DNA of 63,328 nt, filler included, from Klebsormidium nitens (lineage: Eukaryota > Plantae > Klebsormidiophyceae): NCBI GenBank assembly GCA_000708835.1. It is 6 parts of 6 records of this genome, joined end to end, with 100 filler letters (N's around TTAATTAATTAA, not from the genome) between each part and the next. Parts side by side here need not be neighbours in the genome. Positions count along the whole stretch, not along the records: positions 1 to 19,224 come from DF237856.1; 5 more parts are not named here. One strand, written 5' to 3'. The translations under genes were made by a program, and so were the position numbers. The notes below the pieces were generated by a model that was not told the origin of the DNA, made no database searches, and saw nothing but the letters and a program-made list of their open reading frames with translations. The first letter of the stretch is position 1. Each line of letters opens with the position of its first letter. This document shows, in pieces, positions 1-10,590 of this stretch.

Positions 1-131
1 TAAAATTCGATGGGTAATGGGGTAATAGAGTAACAGAGATGTGTGCTTGAGGCTTCTTCATGGGTACAGTCATATGTGTATGTGTGTGTGGTATAAGGTA
101 ATAAAAGGGTAATGAGCTATTTAGAACTCAA

Positions 132-2930
132 TCACTTTTTAGAAGAATCATCTTTCGCCTCATCTCGAGTCACTATGTGCCCCTCCTCATCCCTTCTCAC
201 CTCCCATGTATGACGATTCGAGCAGAAGGAGCACTTTTGCTCTGCGGCCGATTGTCGTGGATTGTCGCTTTTTTTTGAATTGTCAACCAGCTTCTCAAGA
301 GCGTTGGGATCCGTTATCCATGGCCCTTCCTTATCTTCGATATAGTCGAGCCGTTGCCAGGTGTCCACCCACTCCATGGTCGAGCTCAGAAGCTTGCCTT
401 TATGGAGCGCCTCGCAGATAGCGCCCTGTGGAGGGAACCACCACCCCTTGTGGGTCCGCACCCCCTGAATGGAGCGTGCCGCAGGCCTCATGTTGAAAAT
501 GGCATTGAGAGAGCGCATTAAAATGTTGACGTCGGTATGGCGATCCTCTTTGATGTCCAACTGAAGCAGGAACGTGTCATATGTCCGCTTGATGTCCGTC
601 GATGCTACCCACGTTTCTAGAGAAGGGTGAAAGCACCCGTTCTCAAGCAGTGCTTGCATTGGCATGTTGACATGAGGTGGAATCGAATGCTCCTTCAAGC
701 CTTCCCCCCAAGCTGTGACCGGCATCTTCTGAGGATTCCAATTGGAAATATCAATGGACGATAGATATCGATGGAGATGATATGCTGTCTCCGGTTTTTC
801 CAATTCCTCCACGAGCTCGTCAAAGTACTGTTTGTCTCCCATCTTGGCATCTGAGACTTGCTGGCAAGAGTATCGGCGATCGTCTGCCTCCCGTTTGACC
901 GGCCAAAAATTATTTGTGGTGAACACGATGTTGCTCCTGTCATCCACGCTGATAGGATCTTGGCCTTTGCGCTCCATACACGTCGTCTCCTGAGTGATTA
1001 GAGACTTTATCATGTCATTCATGCGGTACGCTCCGCCCCAACTGCCGCATTCATCCAATACAATCAACAATCTGTTGGCTGCTAGTGAGTTGAACTTGCC
1101 AATGATCTTTTCGATTTCGTTACAATACAAATAGTATATGGCGCCAAGGACCATCCGTCCAAAAAAGTCCCACAATACAGACTTTCCGCACCCTTGTCCA
1201 CTACGGAAAACGAGAGCCACACCGATTTTCCTCCAGGGCTTCTGAAGGGCGTGTGCTATCCAACGTATGTTGTACTCAAACCGCTCTTTCGAGCCAGCAC
1301 ACAAGATGTTGCGAAAGTGCCACATGAGCTTTGGCATCTGTTCCTCGCACTCGACGAGCTCCGATTCTGTTAATTTGTGGTCGAGCGGTTTGAATTTCAG
1401 CCCGGAGAAAAGATTGAAATGTCGTGAGGACCCCTTTGACGGGTCCGGCTCAAACACGATTTGATCGTATTCGCGGCGTCTGGAACTACTCTCCCAGAAT
1501 TTGACAACTTCCTTGCTCTTTCCAGGTAGGCTCTGGAGTTGGAAGTTCCTGCAGACCTCCAAGAAGTCCCGGCCGGATCGATGGATAGTCTCCTTGGGCT
1601 CAAGCTGCCCGTTTGCGTCTCTCGAGTAGATTGTCTCCAGGTAGACAGCCTTTGTCGAGCGGACGACAGCAAAGTAATGGTTCATGATACGCAAAGCGAG
1701 ATCGAGCAAGGCCAATTTTGCTTTACTTGTTCGTATGTCATCTTCCTTTTTCTTCCTTTTCTCGTCGCTTTCATCCGTGGAAGGCTCAAAGGGAAGAATG
1801 TAATTCTCGCAAGTCTTGAAAAGTTCCCCTTCCACTCTCCGAGGCAAACACTCGGGCCAAAAGTGAATGCCCAACAGTTGCTTTGGTCGATCAATGCACC
1901 CTGGACTTAGACAGCGGTATACAAGAATGCACCCGTTGCTCATGATGCTAAACTGGTTCGAATCGTGTTGATGACCATTCAAGCAGATTCGCGTATCGTT
2001 TGTCTTGAACTTTAAAATCTGCCACCCATTAGGGGTCCTTTCTCCAACACCGTTAAACGTGCTAGTGTTGTCTTGCACTTTGTCACGCAGCAACCTCTTG
2101 ATCTCTCGGAGCGCGCCTTCCAATCCGGGCAGGGCCTCCGTGTTTTGCACATTTTCAAGAGGTGCTAATGGCATCGATGTTGAGTTTTGACTAACAGATG
2201 GTGTGCCATTTGAGTTACTCTTGCACGTTTTGTGTTTTGTGGCCTCGATCTCGTCCTTTGCAGTCTGTTGAACGTGGTCGTTGAGAAATTTTGCGAGCCA
2301 AGGAGGCATGTCCTGGCATGCATCAAAGCTTGGAGGCCCGTTGAGCCATTCGTATGTCGCAAGCTTTCCCTGATCCTTGACGTAGCTTGCGGGGTGAGCA
2401 TAAACGACTCCTCCACCAGCTCGACCGTCAATTCTATAGACAGTGTCACCAACTTTGATGGTCTCAAAATTCCGGGTGCATTTGAGGCCGGGCGAGTTGG
2501 CCTTAAAGTAGAAATGAAGCCCGCCAGAACCGGTTTGTGCTTTGAGTGTTTGAGGCTCACCATGTTCCTTGACGAGTTGGTTCCAGAGCTGGATCCCCGG
2601 TGATTTTCCATCTTTGCTGGACACATCAATATCGACCACGAAGATCCGACTGGGACGTGTCAGAATCGCGATGCCATTGGCGTCCTTCCTCTCCTGCTTT
2701 GCTTTATTGATAGAATCTTTCCACAATTCGGGTGTTGTAATTTGAGCGTACGTATATGGAAATTCGGCATCTTTCTTACCCTCTTTTTTATTCCAGAACA
2801 TGCGCACCGGAATTGCATAGAGCCCAACATTCGCGAGTCGTTGGATCTCGTCTGCAATGGTTTGAGGCCCTACGGGCCTGCGGACATGAGCGCCCTGACG
2901 TCTTGAGAGGCTAGCTTGGGCGCCTTCCAT
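132..2930 (-). CDS. Primase-helicase: Prim-Pol (bifunctional primase/polymerase) domain + Zn-binding domain + SF3 helicase (DUF5906/NrS-1-like), 932 aa, intronless
   Basis: Prim-Pol motifs FVVDIDV, TGSGGLHFYF and IDGRAGGGVVYA. Zn motif C-x3-H-x-H...YRC-x4-C. Walker A SGQGCGKS, Walker B LIVLDE, motif C NIVFTTNN, Arg finger DDRRY. Confidence 0.9.
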   Translation of the reverse strand: MEGAQASLSRRQGAHVRRPVGPQTIADEIQRLANVGLYAIPVRMFWNKKEGKKDAEFPYTYAQITTPELWKDSINKAKQERKDANGIAILTRPSRIFVVDIDVSSKDGKSPGIQLWNQLVKEHGEPQTLKAQTGSGGLHFYFKANSPGLKCTRNFETIKVGDTVYRIDGRAGGGVVYAHPASYVKDQGKLATYEWLNGPPSFDACQDMPPWLAKFLNDHVQQTAKDEIEATKHKTCKSNSNGTPSVSQNSTSMPLAPLENVQNTEALPGLEGALREIKRLLRDKVQDNTSTFNGVGERTPNGWQILKFKTNDTRICLNGHQHDSNQFSIMSNGCILVYRCLSPGCIDRPKQLLGIHFWPECLPRRVEGELFKTCENYILPFEPSTDESDEKRKKKEDDIRTSKAKLALLDLALRIMNHYFAVVRSTKAVYLETIYSRDANGQLEPKETIHRSGRDFLEVCRNFQLQSLPGKSKEVVKFWESSSRRREYDQIVFEPDPSKGSSRHFNLFSGLKFKPLDHKLTESELVECEEQMPKLMWHFRNILCAGSKERFEYNIRWIAHALQKPWRKIGVALVFRSGQGCGKSVLWDFFGRMVLGAIYYLYCNEIEKIIGKFNSLAANRLLIVLDECGSWGGAYRMNDMIKSLITQETTCMERKGQDPISVDDRSNIVFTTNNFWPVKREADDRRYSCQQVSDAKMGDKQYFDELVEELEKPETAYHLHRYLSSIDISNWNPQKMPVTAWGEGLKEHSIPPHVNMPMQALLENGCFHPSLETWVASTDIKRTYDTFLLQLDIKEDRHTDVNILMRSLNAIFNMRPAARSIQGVRTHKGWWFPPQGAICEALHKGKLLSSTMEWVDTWQRLDYIEDKEGPWITDPNALEKLVDNSKKSDNPRQSAAEQKCSFCSNRHTWEVRRDEEGHIVTRDEAKDDSSKK

Positions 2931-2992
2931 TTCTTCTTACATTATGAGAAGATTTTAAATGAGGCGTTTCAAACGCGCGTGCGTCCAACCTT

Positions 2993-3370
2993 TTGTCGTT
3001 CCGATTTTCTTACCATGACATTAGTACCGACATGGAGTCGCACCATGAAACCGCTTCAAACGACTACTGCAATTGCAAAACATGTGTTTCTGTCAAGCAA
3101 TTCTACGAGAAGCATCCCGATGCTCGTAGGACTTACACCAAAAGGTACTATTATAGACATAGGGATACGATCTTGTTGACCCAAGCCTTTGAGCGCTATA
3201 AAAATGGACAAGCATCTCATCAGAAGACTTTGAAACGCCTCTTTGATGCAGGCTATCCAGTGAAGATTTCGTATAATGCATGGCAGCACGATGATCATCA
3301 AATGGCGTCTTCAAACACGTCAGATGATGCCAAAGTGCAGTCGCTTCCTTTGGGCATTGAAGTGTCCTGA
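2993..3370 (+). CDS. Small hypothetical protein (CxCxxC + YYYRHRDTILL), divergent from the primase gene
   Basis: Open 125-aa frame with by-eye similarity to the ORF at 54676-54940 beside the second primase gene. Confidence 0.6.
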   Translation: MSFRFSYHDISTDMESHHETASNDYCNCKTCVSVKQFYEKHPDARRTYTKRYYYRHRDTILLTQAFERYKNGQASHQKTLKRLFDAGYPVKISYNAWQHDDHQMASSNTSDDAKVQSLPLGIEVS

Positions 3371-3398
3371 AAGAAGCTGCCACAAGATTGTGAATCGG

Positions 3399-4896
3399 TC
3401 AAAATCGAATCTTTGATCCGTCCGGAAGGTACTTTTTTTCATAAANNNNNNNNNNNNNNNNNNNNNNNNNNNNNNNNNNNNNNNNNNNNNNNNNNNNNNN
3501 NNNNNNNNNNNNNNNNNNNNNNNNNNNNNNNNNNNNNNNNNNNNNNNNNNNNNNNNNNNNNNNNNNNNNNNNNNNNNNNNNNNNNNNNNNNNNNNNNNNN
3601 NNNNNNNNNNNNNNNNNNNNNNNNNNNNNNNNNNNNNNNNNNNNNNNNNNNNNNNNNNNNNNNNNNNNNNNNNNNNNNNNNNNNNNNNNNNNNNNNNNNN
3701 NNNNNNNNNNNNNNNNNNNNNNNNNNNNNNNNNNNNNNNNNNNNNNNNNNNNNNNNNNNNNNNNNNNNNNNNNNNNNNNNNNNNNNNNNNNNNNNNNNNN
3801 NNNNNNNNNNNNNNNNNNNNNNNNNNNNNNNNNNNNNNNNNNNNNNNNNNNNNNNNNNNNNNNNNNNNNNNNNNNNNNNNNNNNNNNNNNNNNNNNNNNN
3901 NNNNNNNNNNNNNNNNNNNNNNNNNNNNNNNNNNNNNNNNNNNNNNNNNNNNNNNNNNNNNNNNNNNNNNNNNNNNNNNNNNNNNNNNNNNNNNNNNNNN
4001 NNNNNNNNNNNNNNNNNNNNNNNNNNNNNNNNNNNNNNNNNNNNNNNNNNNNNNNNNNNNNNNNNNNNNNNNNNNNNNNNNNNNNNNNNNNNNNNNNNNN
4101 NNNNNNNNNNNNNNNNNNNNNNNNNNNNNNNNNNNNNNNNNNNNNNNNNNNNNNNNNNNNNNNNNNNNTCCCTCGCAAATTCTAACATGTAATTTCCGGG
4201 GCCAGACATGAGCTCGCGAGCCTCAGCGGTTCCGATATCCTCAAACCGGATAATCGGGCACTCTGAGTAGTCGTTACGGACGGCCGGTTGATATGTAAAA
4301 AGGCACAAGATCAGATGGCGGATCAGTATGATCTTGTCCTCGACGGTCAACTCCTCTGGCTTTTTGTGAAGAATCTTGCGATTGACGTGCCGCTGCAGCT
4401 CCACTCTTCGCTCATTGATCTGATCCAAAGTTTTCCAATTTGATGCTTCACGCTCTGTCAACTGCTGGGGAGGCGGCTTTGCCTCATCCATGAGCTTTCG
4501 AACCTGAGTGTATCGCTTGTAATAAGCATCGTAGAGCTGTTTGTCATTGGGAAATGCTTTGCGCACGACAACCAAAATGGGATTTATTCCAGTGGCTTGC
4601 ATTGATAGTTTGGTAGGATACGTCTCCTGAAAGTACTGGATGATTGCATCGGCACCTTGAATCCAACTGAAGCTATCAAAATCTTGTTGTCTTTTAAACC
4701 TCTGGAAGAGGCGCATGACATGCTTTATGTACTGTTGGATCGTGAGCTCTTTTCGAGTGCCGTCATCAAAGACCGAGCGGAGCAGCCTTTCACCATCGGT
4801 TACGGTGGTTATATGGCGTGTGCTTTTAGCGGGCCCTTGCATCTTCAGCTTATCTGGATAATGGCAAGATTTTTTTGACCAGACCAAAGCCTCCAA
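3399..4896 (-). CDS. Tyrosine recombinase of the type seen in Polinton-like viruses/virophages; central part lies in a gap
   Basis: LILCLFTYQPAVRNDY (first catalytic Arg box), preceded by QQLTEREASNWKTL and followed by NYML. The post-gap end YEKKYLPDGSKIRF* could supply the catalytic Tyr. The HxxR box would fall in gap 3445-4168 and is not visible. Confidence 0.7.
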
Positions 4897-5107
4897 CCTC
4901 AGATACTATGAATATCAACGTTGAGAATTGAATCAACCAAAGTGAGATCTGTAGCAGCTTTTAACGATGAAAACGGTTATCTTCACCTGTAAAACCGGGC
5001 TACAACGCAAGATGGCTGCTCAATTTTCGATCGAAAAGTTACTAACTCTAGATAACATGACTGGCGGTGTACAAAATTCAAAGATGGGGACTTTTGGCCG
5101 ATTCATG

Positions 5108-5659
5108 TTATCTGGGCGACGTGATTTCAGAGGCTTCGTTAGCGATCCGAGCTTTCAGCGGGTTCGCAAGCATCTCGAGTGCCAAAACCGGTTCAGTGTC
5201 GTCCCACACAACGCTCGGAGCACGACCGGTGTGTGGCGGGGAGACCGCTCTTGGTTCCATGCAATTCGTGGGAGATAACACTTCTTTTTCATGCACGTCT
5301 GCATGGGTCGTAGAGATTTGCAACTTTCGTGCCCGACGTCGTGCTTGAGACGCGTGTTTTAGGGCGGCTCGCCAACTTACCTTTATTGCATATGGGCCAT
5401 GCAAACCGGATTTGTCCCAAAAGGCGCTGAACCCCTCAGCGACTAGCGACCGCGCGAGCTGTCTGGTTATATGACGAAGGTCGAACGGCTCTGTAAGAGC
5501 TCGCATGCCGGCCAGAGCCGCTGCATCCAAGGTGGTCTCGAGCTTGCCAAAGTCTTGGTAAGATCTTACAATAGCTGATCGAGCGCTCTCAAGGACGGAC
5601 TTGTCCATCTCGATGATTGCAAAGCGCGATTGAGGACGATAGCCAAGAATTGCATCCAT
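5108..5659 (-). CDS. Hypothetical protein, 183 aa
   Basis: Open frame with a protein-like N-terminal half, same strand as the recombinase and just upstream of it. No motif recognised. Confidence 0.4.
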   Translation of the reverse strand: MDAILGYRPQSRFAIIEMDKSVLESARSAIVRSYQDFGKLETTLDAAALAGMRALTEPFDLRHITRQLARSLVAEGFSAFWDKSGLHGPYAIKVSWRAALKHASQARRRARKLQISTTHADVHEKEVLSPTNCMEPRAVSPPHTGRAPSVVWDDTEPVLALEMLANPLKARIANEASEITSPR

Positions 5660-5790
5660 TCACACGGTTGACATACCGTTTACAGAGAAAAATCACAAGA
5701 TACTAGTGCACGCCACCGTTGATAGTGGAGTTCCTTATGACCAATGACAACGCGTGGTTCGTCACGGCTAGATGGCCGGTCTGACTTGCT

Positions 5791-6145
5791 GGACCACACG
5801 TGGCAAATAGCTCTACTTAGCAAAGAGTGGGGTTCCTAATATCCATTGGCAAGGTGTGGTCCGCAGTGAATGGCCGGCCTAACTTATGGGCGCCAGGACC
5901 ACACCTTGCATGAGGCTCTTTCTAAGTGAAACGCGGTGTTCCTAATAACTATTGGCAAGGTGTGGTCCGAAAAACGGCCCAAACTGCTCGCCACATGCTT
6001 CTGGATGGTGTGAATGTCCGGCCTTACTTACGAATGCTTGAATATCGTATGGCCAGTCCACCTTTTCGGCCGCGGACCACACCTTGCCCACGGTTCTTCA
6101 TAGCAAAAGAGCAAATTCTTAATGATTATTGACAACGTATGGTCC
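5791..6145. repeat. Hairpin array A: three 72-73-nt inverted-repeat units (5791-5862, 5896-5968, 6074-6145)
   Basis: Arms GGACCACACCTTGC / GCAAGGTGTGGTCC (perfect 14 bp in the second unit) around related ~45-nt loops. Confidence 0.9.
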
Positions 6146-6476
6146 GACAACGGGGCCAAAACTGCTCGCCATGCACATGCTTTGACATGGCATAAAATGG
6201 TCGGCTTGGCTTATGAGCGAGTAGTTAAAACTTGCTTCATCATGAAGAACTCATGAAAAGTATTCTCATCATAAATTTGCAAGGGTGTGATGGAATTGGA
6301 GTAGCCACTTGCTTCGCACATCCAATCATTGCACGTCGACCATCGTTCAATTGAGCATAACAAAAGACAATAGGGCGCATTAAAAAGCCCGCATCGTCAA
6401 TAACTCAATTCGCATGTGATTTCAAATTACGTACGATCAATTCTTCTTGCCCAGAATATCTCGGGGCTCAGGATGC

Positions 6477-9400
6477 CTACCGAACTACAATCTGACACCC
6501 TTCATCCTGNNNNNNNNNNNNNNNNNNNNNNNNNNNNNNNNNNNNNNNNNNNNNNNNNNNNNNNNNNNNNNNNNNNNNNNNNNNNNNNNNNNNNNNNNNN
6601 NNNNNNNNNNNNNNNNNNNNNNNNNNNNNNNNNNNNNNNNNNNNNNNNNNNNNNNNNNNNNNNNNNNNNNNNNNNNNNNNNNNNNNNNNNNNNNNNNNNN
6701 NNNNNNNNNNNNNNNNNNNNNNNNNNNNNNNNNNNNNNNNNNNNNNNNNNNNNNNNNNNNNNNNNNNNNNNNNNNNNNNNNNNNNNNNNNNNNNNNNNNN
6801 NNNNNNNNNNNGGTGCCGGAAGCCGAGCACCTGCAGCAACTCCTTGGCGATGGCGGCCTTTTGGGGGCCGTACCTGTGCCGCCCAACCTCCTGACCGCTG
6901 AATTCGTACCCAGGGTCGACGACCTGCAGGATGAACTCGACCGCAAGGTTCGGATAGGGGCCAAACGTCTTGAGGAAGTCGGCGGCCAACTGTCGCACAC
7001 GGTAGAAGCGTGTCAGCTGATACTTCTCCAGCTGCACCCTCTCTCCCGGGTAGTCCTCGTTCCTGCGGATCCGGGCCTCGATGGCGTCGAATTGACCAGG
7101 GGTAATGTCAGGGGCGCTGATCATTTGCTCGAGCAAGAACTTGCCCCTGACCTGATCCCCCCCGCCCGGCGCCCCCCCCTCGGCCAGGTCCAGGACCCGC
7201 ACCCCCCTCACGACATGGCCGTCGCTCTCCAATAACTCCGTGAACTCCTCGTAAAAGTGCGTCCGGCCATTGAAAAGCTCCTTCTCGTTGTGAGCGAGGA
7301 GGCGCGTGGTTGGGCCCTCGCAGAAAACCACCTCACCGACCCTCTCGTCCCGGTTGAGAAACCACTGATACGTCTCCTCGACCCCAAGCCTCGGGACCTG
7401 CGCGGCCTTCTTCCCCATCACCGTCCTGTACTCGCTTCCCTCTGGCCCCGTCGTCGGCAGGTTGATGCCCTTCCTGACGAAGCACAGGACCAAGGGGTTG
7501 ACCAGCTGCCGGACCCGCCCCTTCATCTGGTCGAGCCCCCGCGGGTGCGTGCTTCTCTTGCAGATGTACTCGAACATCCGGTGGAACCATGGCCGGTTAA
7601 AGTCGAACCCCGCCTCCACCGTGGGACTGATGATGACGAGTCGCTTTGCCCAGCTCTCGTTCACGTTCCCGAGGCCCCGTTTCACCTCCCCGTGAGAGTG
7701 CCGCGTGATGACAAGAATCTGCTCCTCCTCCACGAGCCCCCGCTCTGCCACGACGCTCCCCAGGTCCCGCGCCCTGTCCGACGACATGCTGACCACAAAA
7801 ACGTTCTGGCCGGCCTCGAGCGCCTCAAAGATCGCGCTCTCCCAGAGCTGGAGCCCCGCCCGCCCTTCGAGGAACTCGAATTGAAGAGGCCGCTCCGGTA
7901 CGTGCTTGTTGAAGAGCACGGGAGAACAGCGGATCTTGTGCAGCGTCAGGAAGTCAAAGGTCCGCTGCCCCAGATGCCCGTCGAGGCAGATGACCCGGCG
8001 CGCGCGGCGAAGCAGCTCGGCGATCAGTCGGATGACGACGAGTCTGGCCGAGAGGGTGTCGGCCGAGAGGTGCGCGAGGATCGACTCGCTCTCGTCGAGT
8101 ATGAGCAGGTCGAAGGCCGGAGCGCGCGCGTCGTCGCCGAGGAGCCCGGGCAGGCTGTCGGCCTGGGAGATGACGCGCGGGTAGAGCTCCCTGTCCGCGA
8201 GAGGCTCGATGAAGCGCCCCCCGACCTCGCGCCCGCGTTGCGTCTTCAATTCGCCGTAGTGCGCAAAGTCTGGGTTCTTCCCGGCTGCATCGCTGGCTTG
8301 TGTCTGCTGGTAGGTAATCGCGAGGGCCGTCTCTGGTTGGGGGGGCTCATTGAGGATGGCTCGGAGGGTCGTCGACTTTGCAGTGCCCATGGGGCTCCTG
8401 ATCAGCGCCGCCTTGTAACGGCCAGCTTGCCACCTGCAAAGAGGAAGCGCTTCGGCGTGAGCCAGCTGAAAGTAGACATGCGAGTCCAACAATCTGCTGA
8501 TTTGCCACAGCCAAGGAGATTGGTGCTAGCTTCGACCTGCAACATTTCCTTTCAGCATCAATCTGCCTTGAAAAGCCGCTCACATTGCCACCAAGAAAAA
8601 GGAGCCAATCCAGAAGCATCCGAATGGCTGGACCACACCTTGCACAAAGCTCGACTAGGAAAAGAGCAGGATCCCTAAAAAACATTGACAGGGTGCGGTC
8701 CAGTCAACCGAAACTGATCGCCGCAAGTTTTTCAACGGCCTAGATGGCTGGTCTGATCTACGGACGGGCTGGACCACACGTTGCGTAAAGCTCTCTTTAC
8801 CGGTTCCCAAGAAACATTGACAGGGTGCGGTCCGATCAACCAAGTCTGCTCGCCACCTGCTTATGAAAGGCCGGATGGCCGGCCTGACTTACGAACGGAG
8901 TGGACCACACGTTGCAGATGGCTCGACTCAAGAAAGAGTTGGATCTAGGCTTCTGAACGGCCATACCGACTTACAGCTTGCTGACCCACATCCCGCATCT
9001 GGCTCGGCCAAAGGAAAGAGTAGGGTTCCAACGAAAGATTGGCAAGGTGTGGTCCGCACTTGAATGTCCGAGCACTAGCTGTTGGCCCACACCTTGAAAG
9101 CCTTAAAAGAGTCAAAGAGTGTGGCCCGTCGCTGTTGGATTCGTCTGATCTAAACTTTAAGGTCTCGCTCACAGACCACGCACAGAGTTCGCACATGCAC
9201 AGGCAAGCCTGGGACACTGGCGGTCCTTGGTGCGGCTGGTCTTGTCTATAAATAAAGGTCTGACACTCACTTGTTCAAAACATCGTTGAACACGACCATG
9301 TCCGTCAGGTCCCGGGCCCCGCTGCGAATCTGCTGCAGGTCCATGGGCGCCGCAGCCAGCGGCTTCTGCTCCAGGTACCGCATGTTCACCTCGACCGCCC

Positions 9401-10590
9401 CGTCCTTCCAAGTCTCAACGTCCACGTAGAACGGACCAAGGTACCGAGCGGGCAGCTCCTTGCAGCACAAGCCCGTCCCCACATCCATGCGCGCGCTGTC
9501 GCACTTTGCGAAGACCGCGTTGCGCTCAGGATTGGCGATGACGAGGATGTCGCGCGAGCCCTCGTGGACGTTCCCCGAATAGCACGGCTCGCTCCGGTCG
9601 TGCCAGCTGAAGTTCAGAGAGCTTGCTGACACGGAGCCCCTGCGGTACGCCGTCGGATGCAGGGTCTGGACCAGCTCCGTACACCTCTGAGCCACGTACG
9701 CGCTCGCCGTCGTGGCGTTCTGGTATCGAAAGTGCTCGGGCCTGGTGCGGGGGCGTCGGGGCTCGGCTACGACGTCCGGCAGGCTGGCCGGCACCTCGAT
9801 GGTCTGGACGTGGTCGTCCAGCCAGGTGATGCACGCATCGGCGTACGGCTTGGTCTCGTCCAACGGGAGGAGGCGGCTGCGGGGCGTGGCGGGCTTCGAG
9901 CAGTAGGGGAGCCGGATCCCCCGGTTTCTGGTGTACACCGACTGGTCGATGAGCTCGGCATACCGCGGGGGCAGGCGCCGTCCGAGCTCCCTGGCGAAGG
10001 TGCCCCGCCCCCTGATGGTCAGTCGGAGCCGCCAGGTTGGAGCGGAAGACGAACTGGGGGGAGTGAGTCGAGACCACCAGGTGCAGGCTAAACTTGCCGC
10101 CGGGCCCGTAGTCGCAGGGGAGCCAGTTGAAGGACCCCGGGGACAGCTCGATGCCGTAGTCCTCCCGGAAAATGTCGATGGTGGCCGCCTCGAAGGCCCC
10201 AGTGACCGTCTCGAGCGTCTCCCCTTCCGCCAAACCCCCATCCCGCTCAAGGTCGAGGTAGGGCTTGCACGGGCACCCCGCCTTGATCGCCTCCTCCAGG
10301 TGACGCTGCCCGCGCAAGAGAGGGTACGCCGTGGGCCAATCGGGATAGGAGCCGAACTCGCGGGAGGGGCACAGGCGCCGGATTTCCACCCGGTGACCGA
10401 AGACCTCCCCATACCGTTCTGCAAAAGCCTTGCGGCCCGTCCTTGGAGTCACGGTAGTCGACTGGCTCCCTCGTGAACTTGCGTTTGGCGAAGAAAAAGG
10501 TGCCCATCATACGCTTCTTGACGGTGAGCAGCTTGCCGTCATGCTCGCTGTGGACGATGTTTTCCCCGTCAGAGCCTTGACCACGACCGC
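6477..10590 (-). CDS. Spliced AEP primase (PrimPol-like) + Zn-like domain + UL9/origin-binding-protein-type SF2 helicase; two +1 frameshifts; 3' end in a gap
   Basis: AEP motifs CKPYLDLE, FSLHLVV and IDQSVYTRNRGIRLPYCSK. SF2 motifs RSPMGTAKST, LILDESESIL, ICLDG, ISPTVEAGFDFN and QMKGRVR. Intron 9270-8434 (GTGAGT...TTTGCAG) joins them in frame. Extra bases at ~10438 and ~9997. Exons are visibly more GC-rich than the flanks. Confidence 0.8.
8434..9270 (-). other. 837-nt phase-2 spliceosomal intron between primase and helicase domains
   Basis: Donor AA|GTGAGT at 9270, branch-like CTCAC at 8461-8457, acceptor TTCCTCTTTGCAG|G at 8434. Splicing gives ...NDVLNK-WQAGRYKAALIRSPMGTAKS. Confidence 0.8.
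8630..9125. repeat. Hairpin array B inside the intron: units 8630-8701, 8771-8833, 8983-9055, plus partial units at ~8902 and ~9083
   Basis: Same arms and loop family as array A. Confidence 0.85.

Noticed and set aside
8434-8492. Start of the helicase at the ORF-track Met (MLDSHVYF...)
   Set aside because: This stretch is the intron's branch point and polypyrimidine tract; the splice model fits better.
7257-8678. 473-aa plus-strand ORF and similar shadows (e.g. 9657-10091, 16890-17432)
   Set aside because: They are antisense to GC-rich coding exons that carry clear motifs, and have no motifs of their own.
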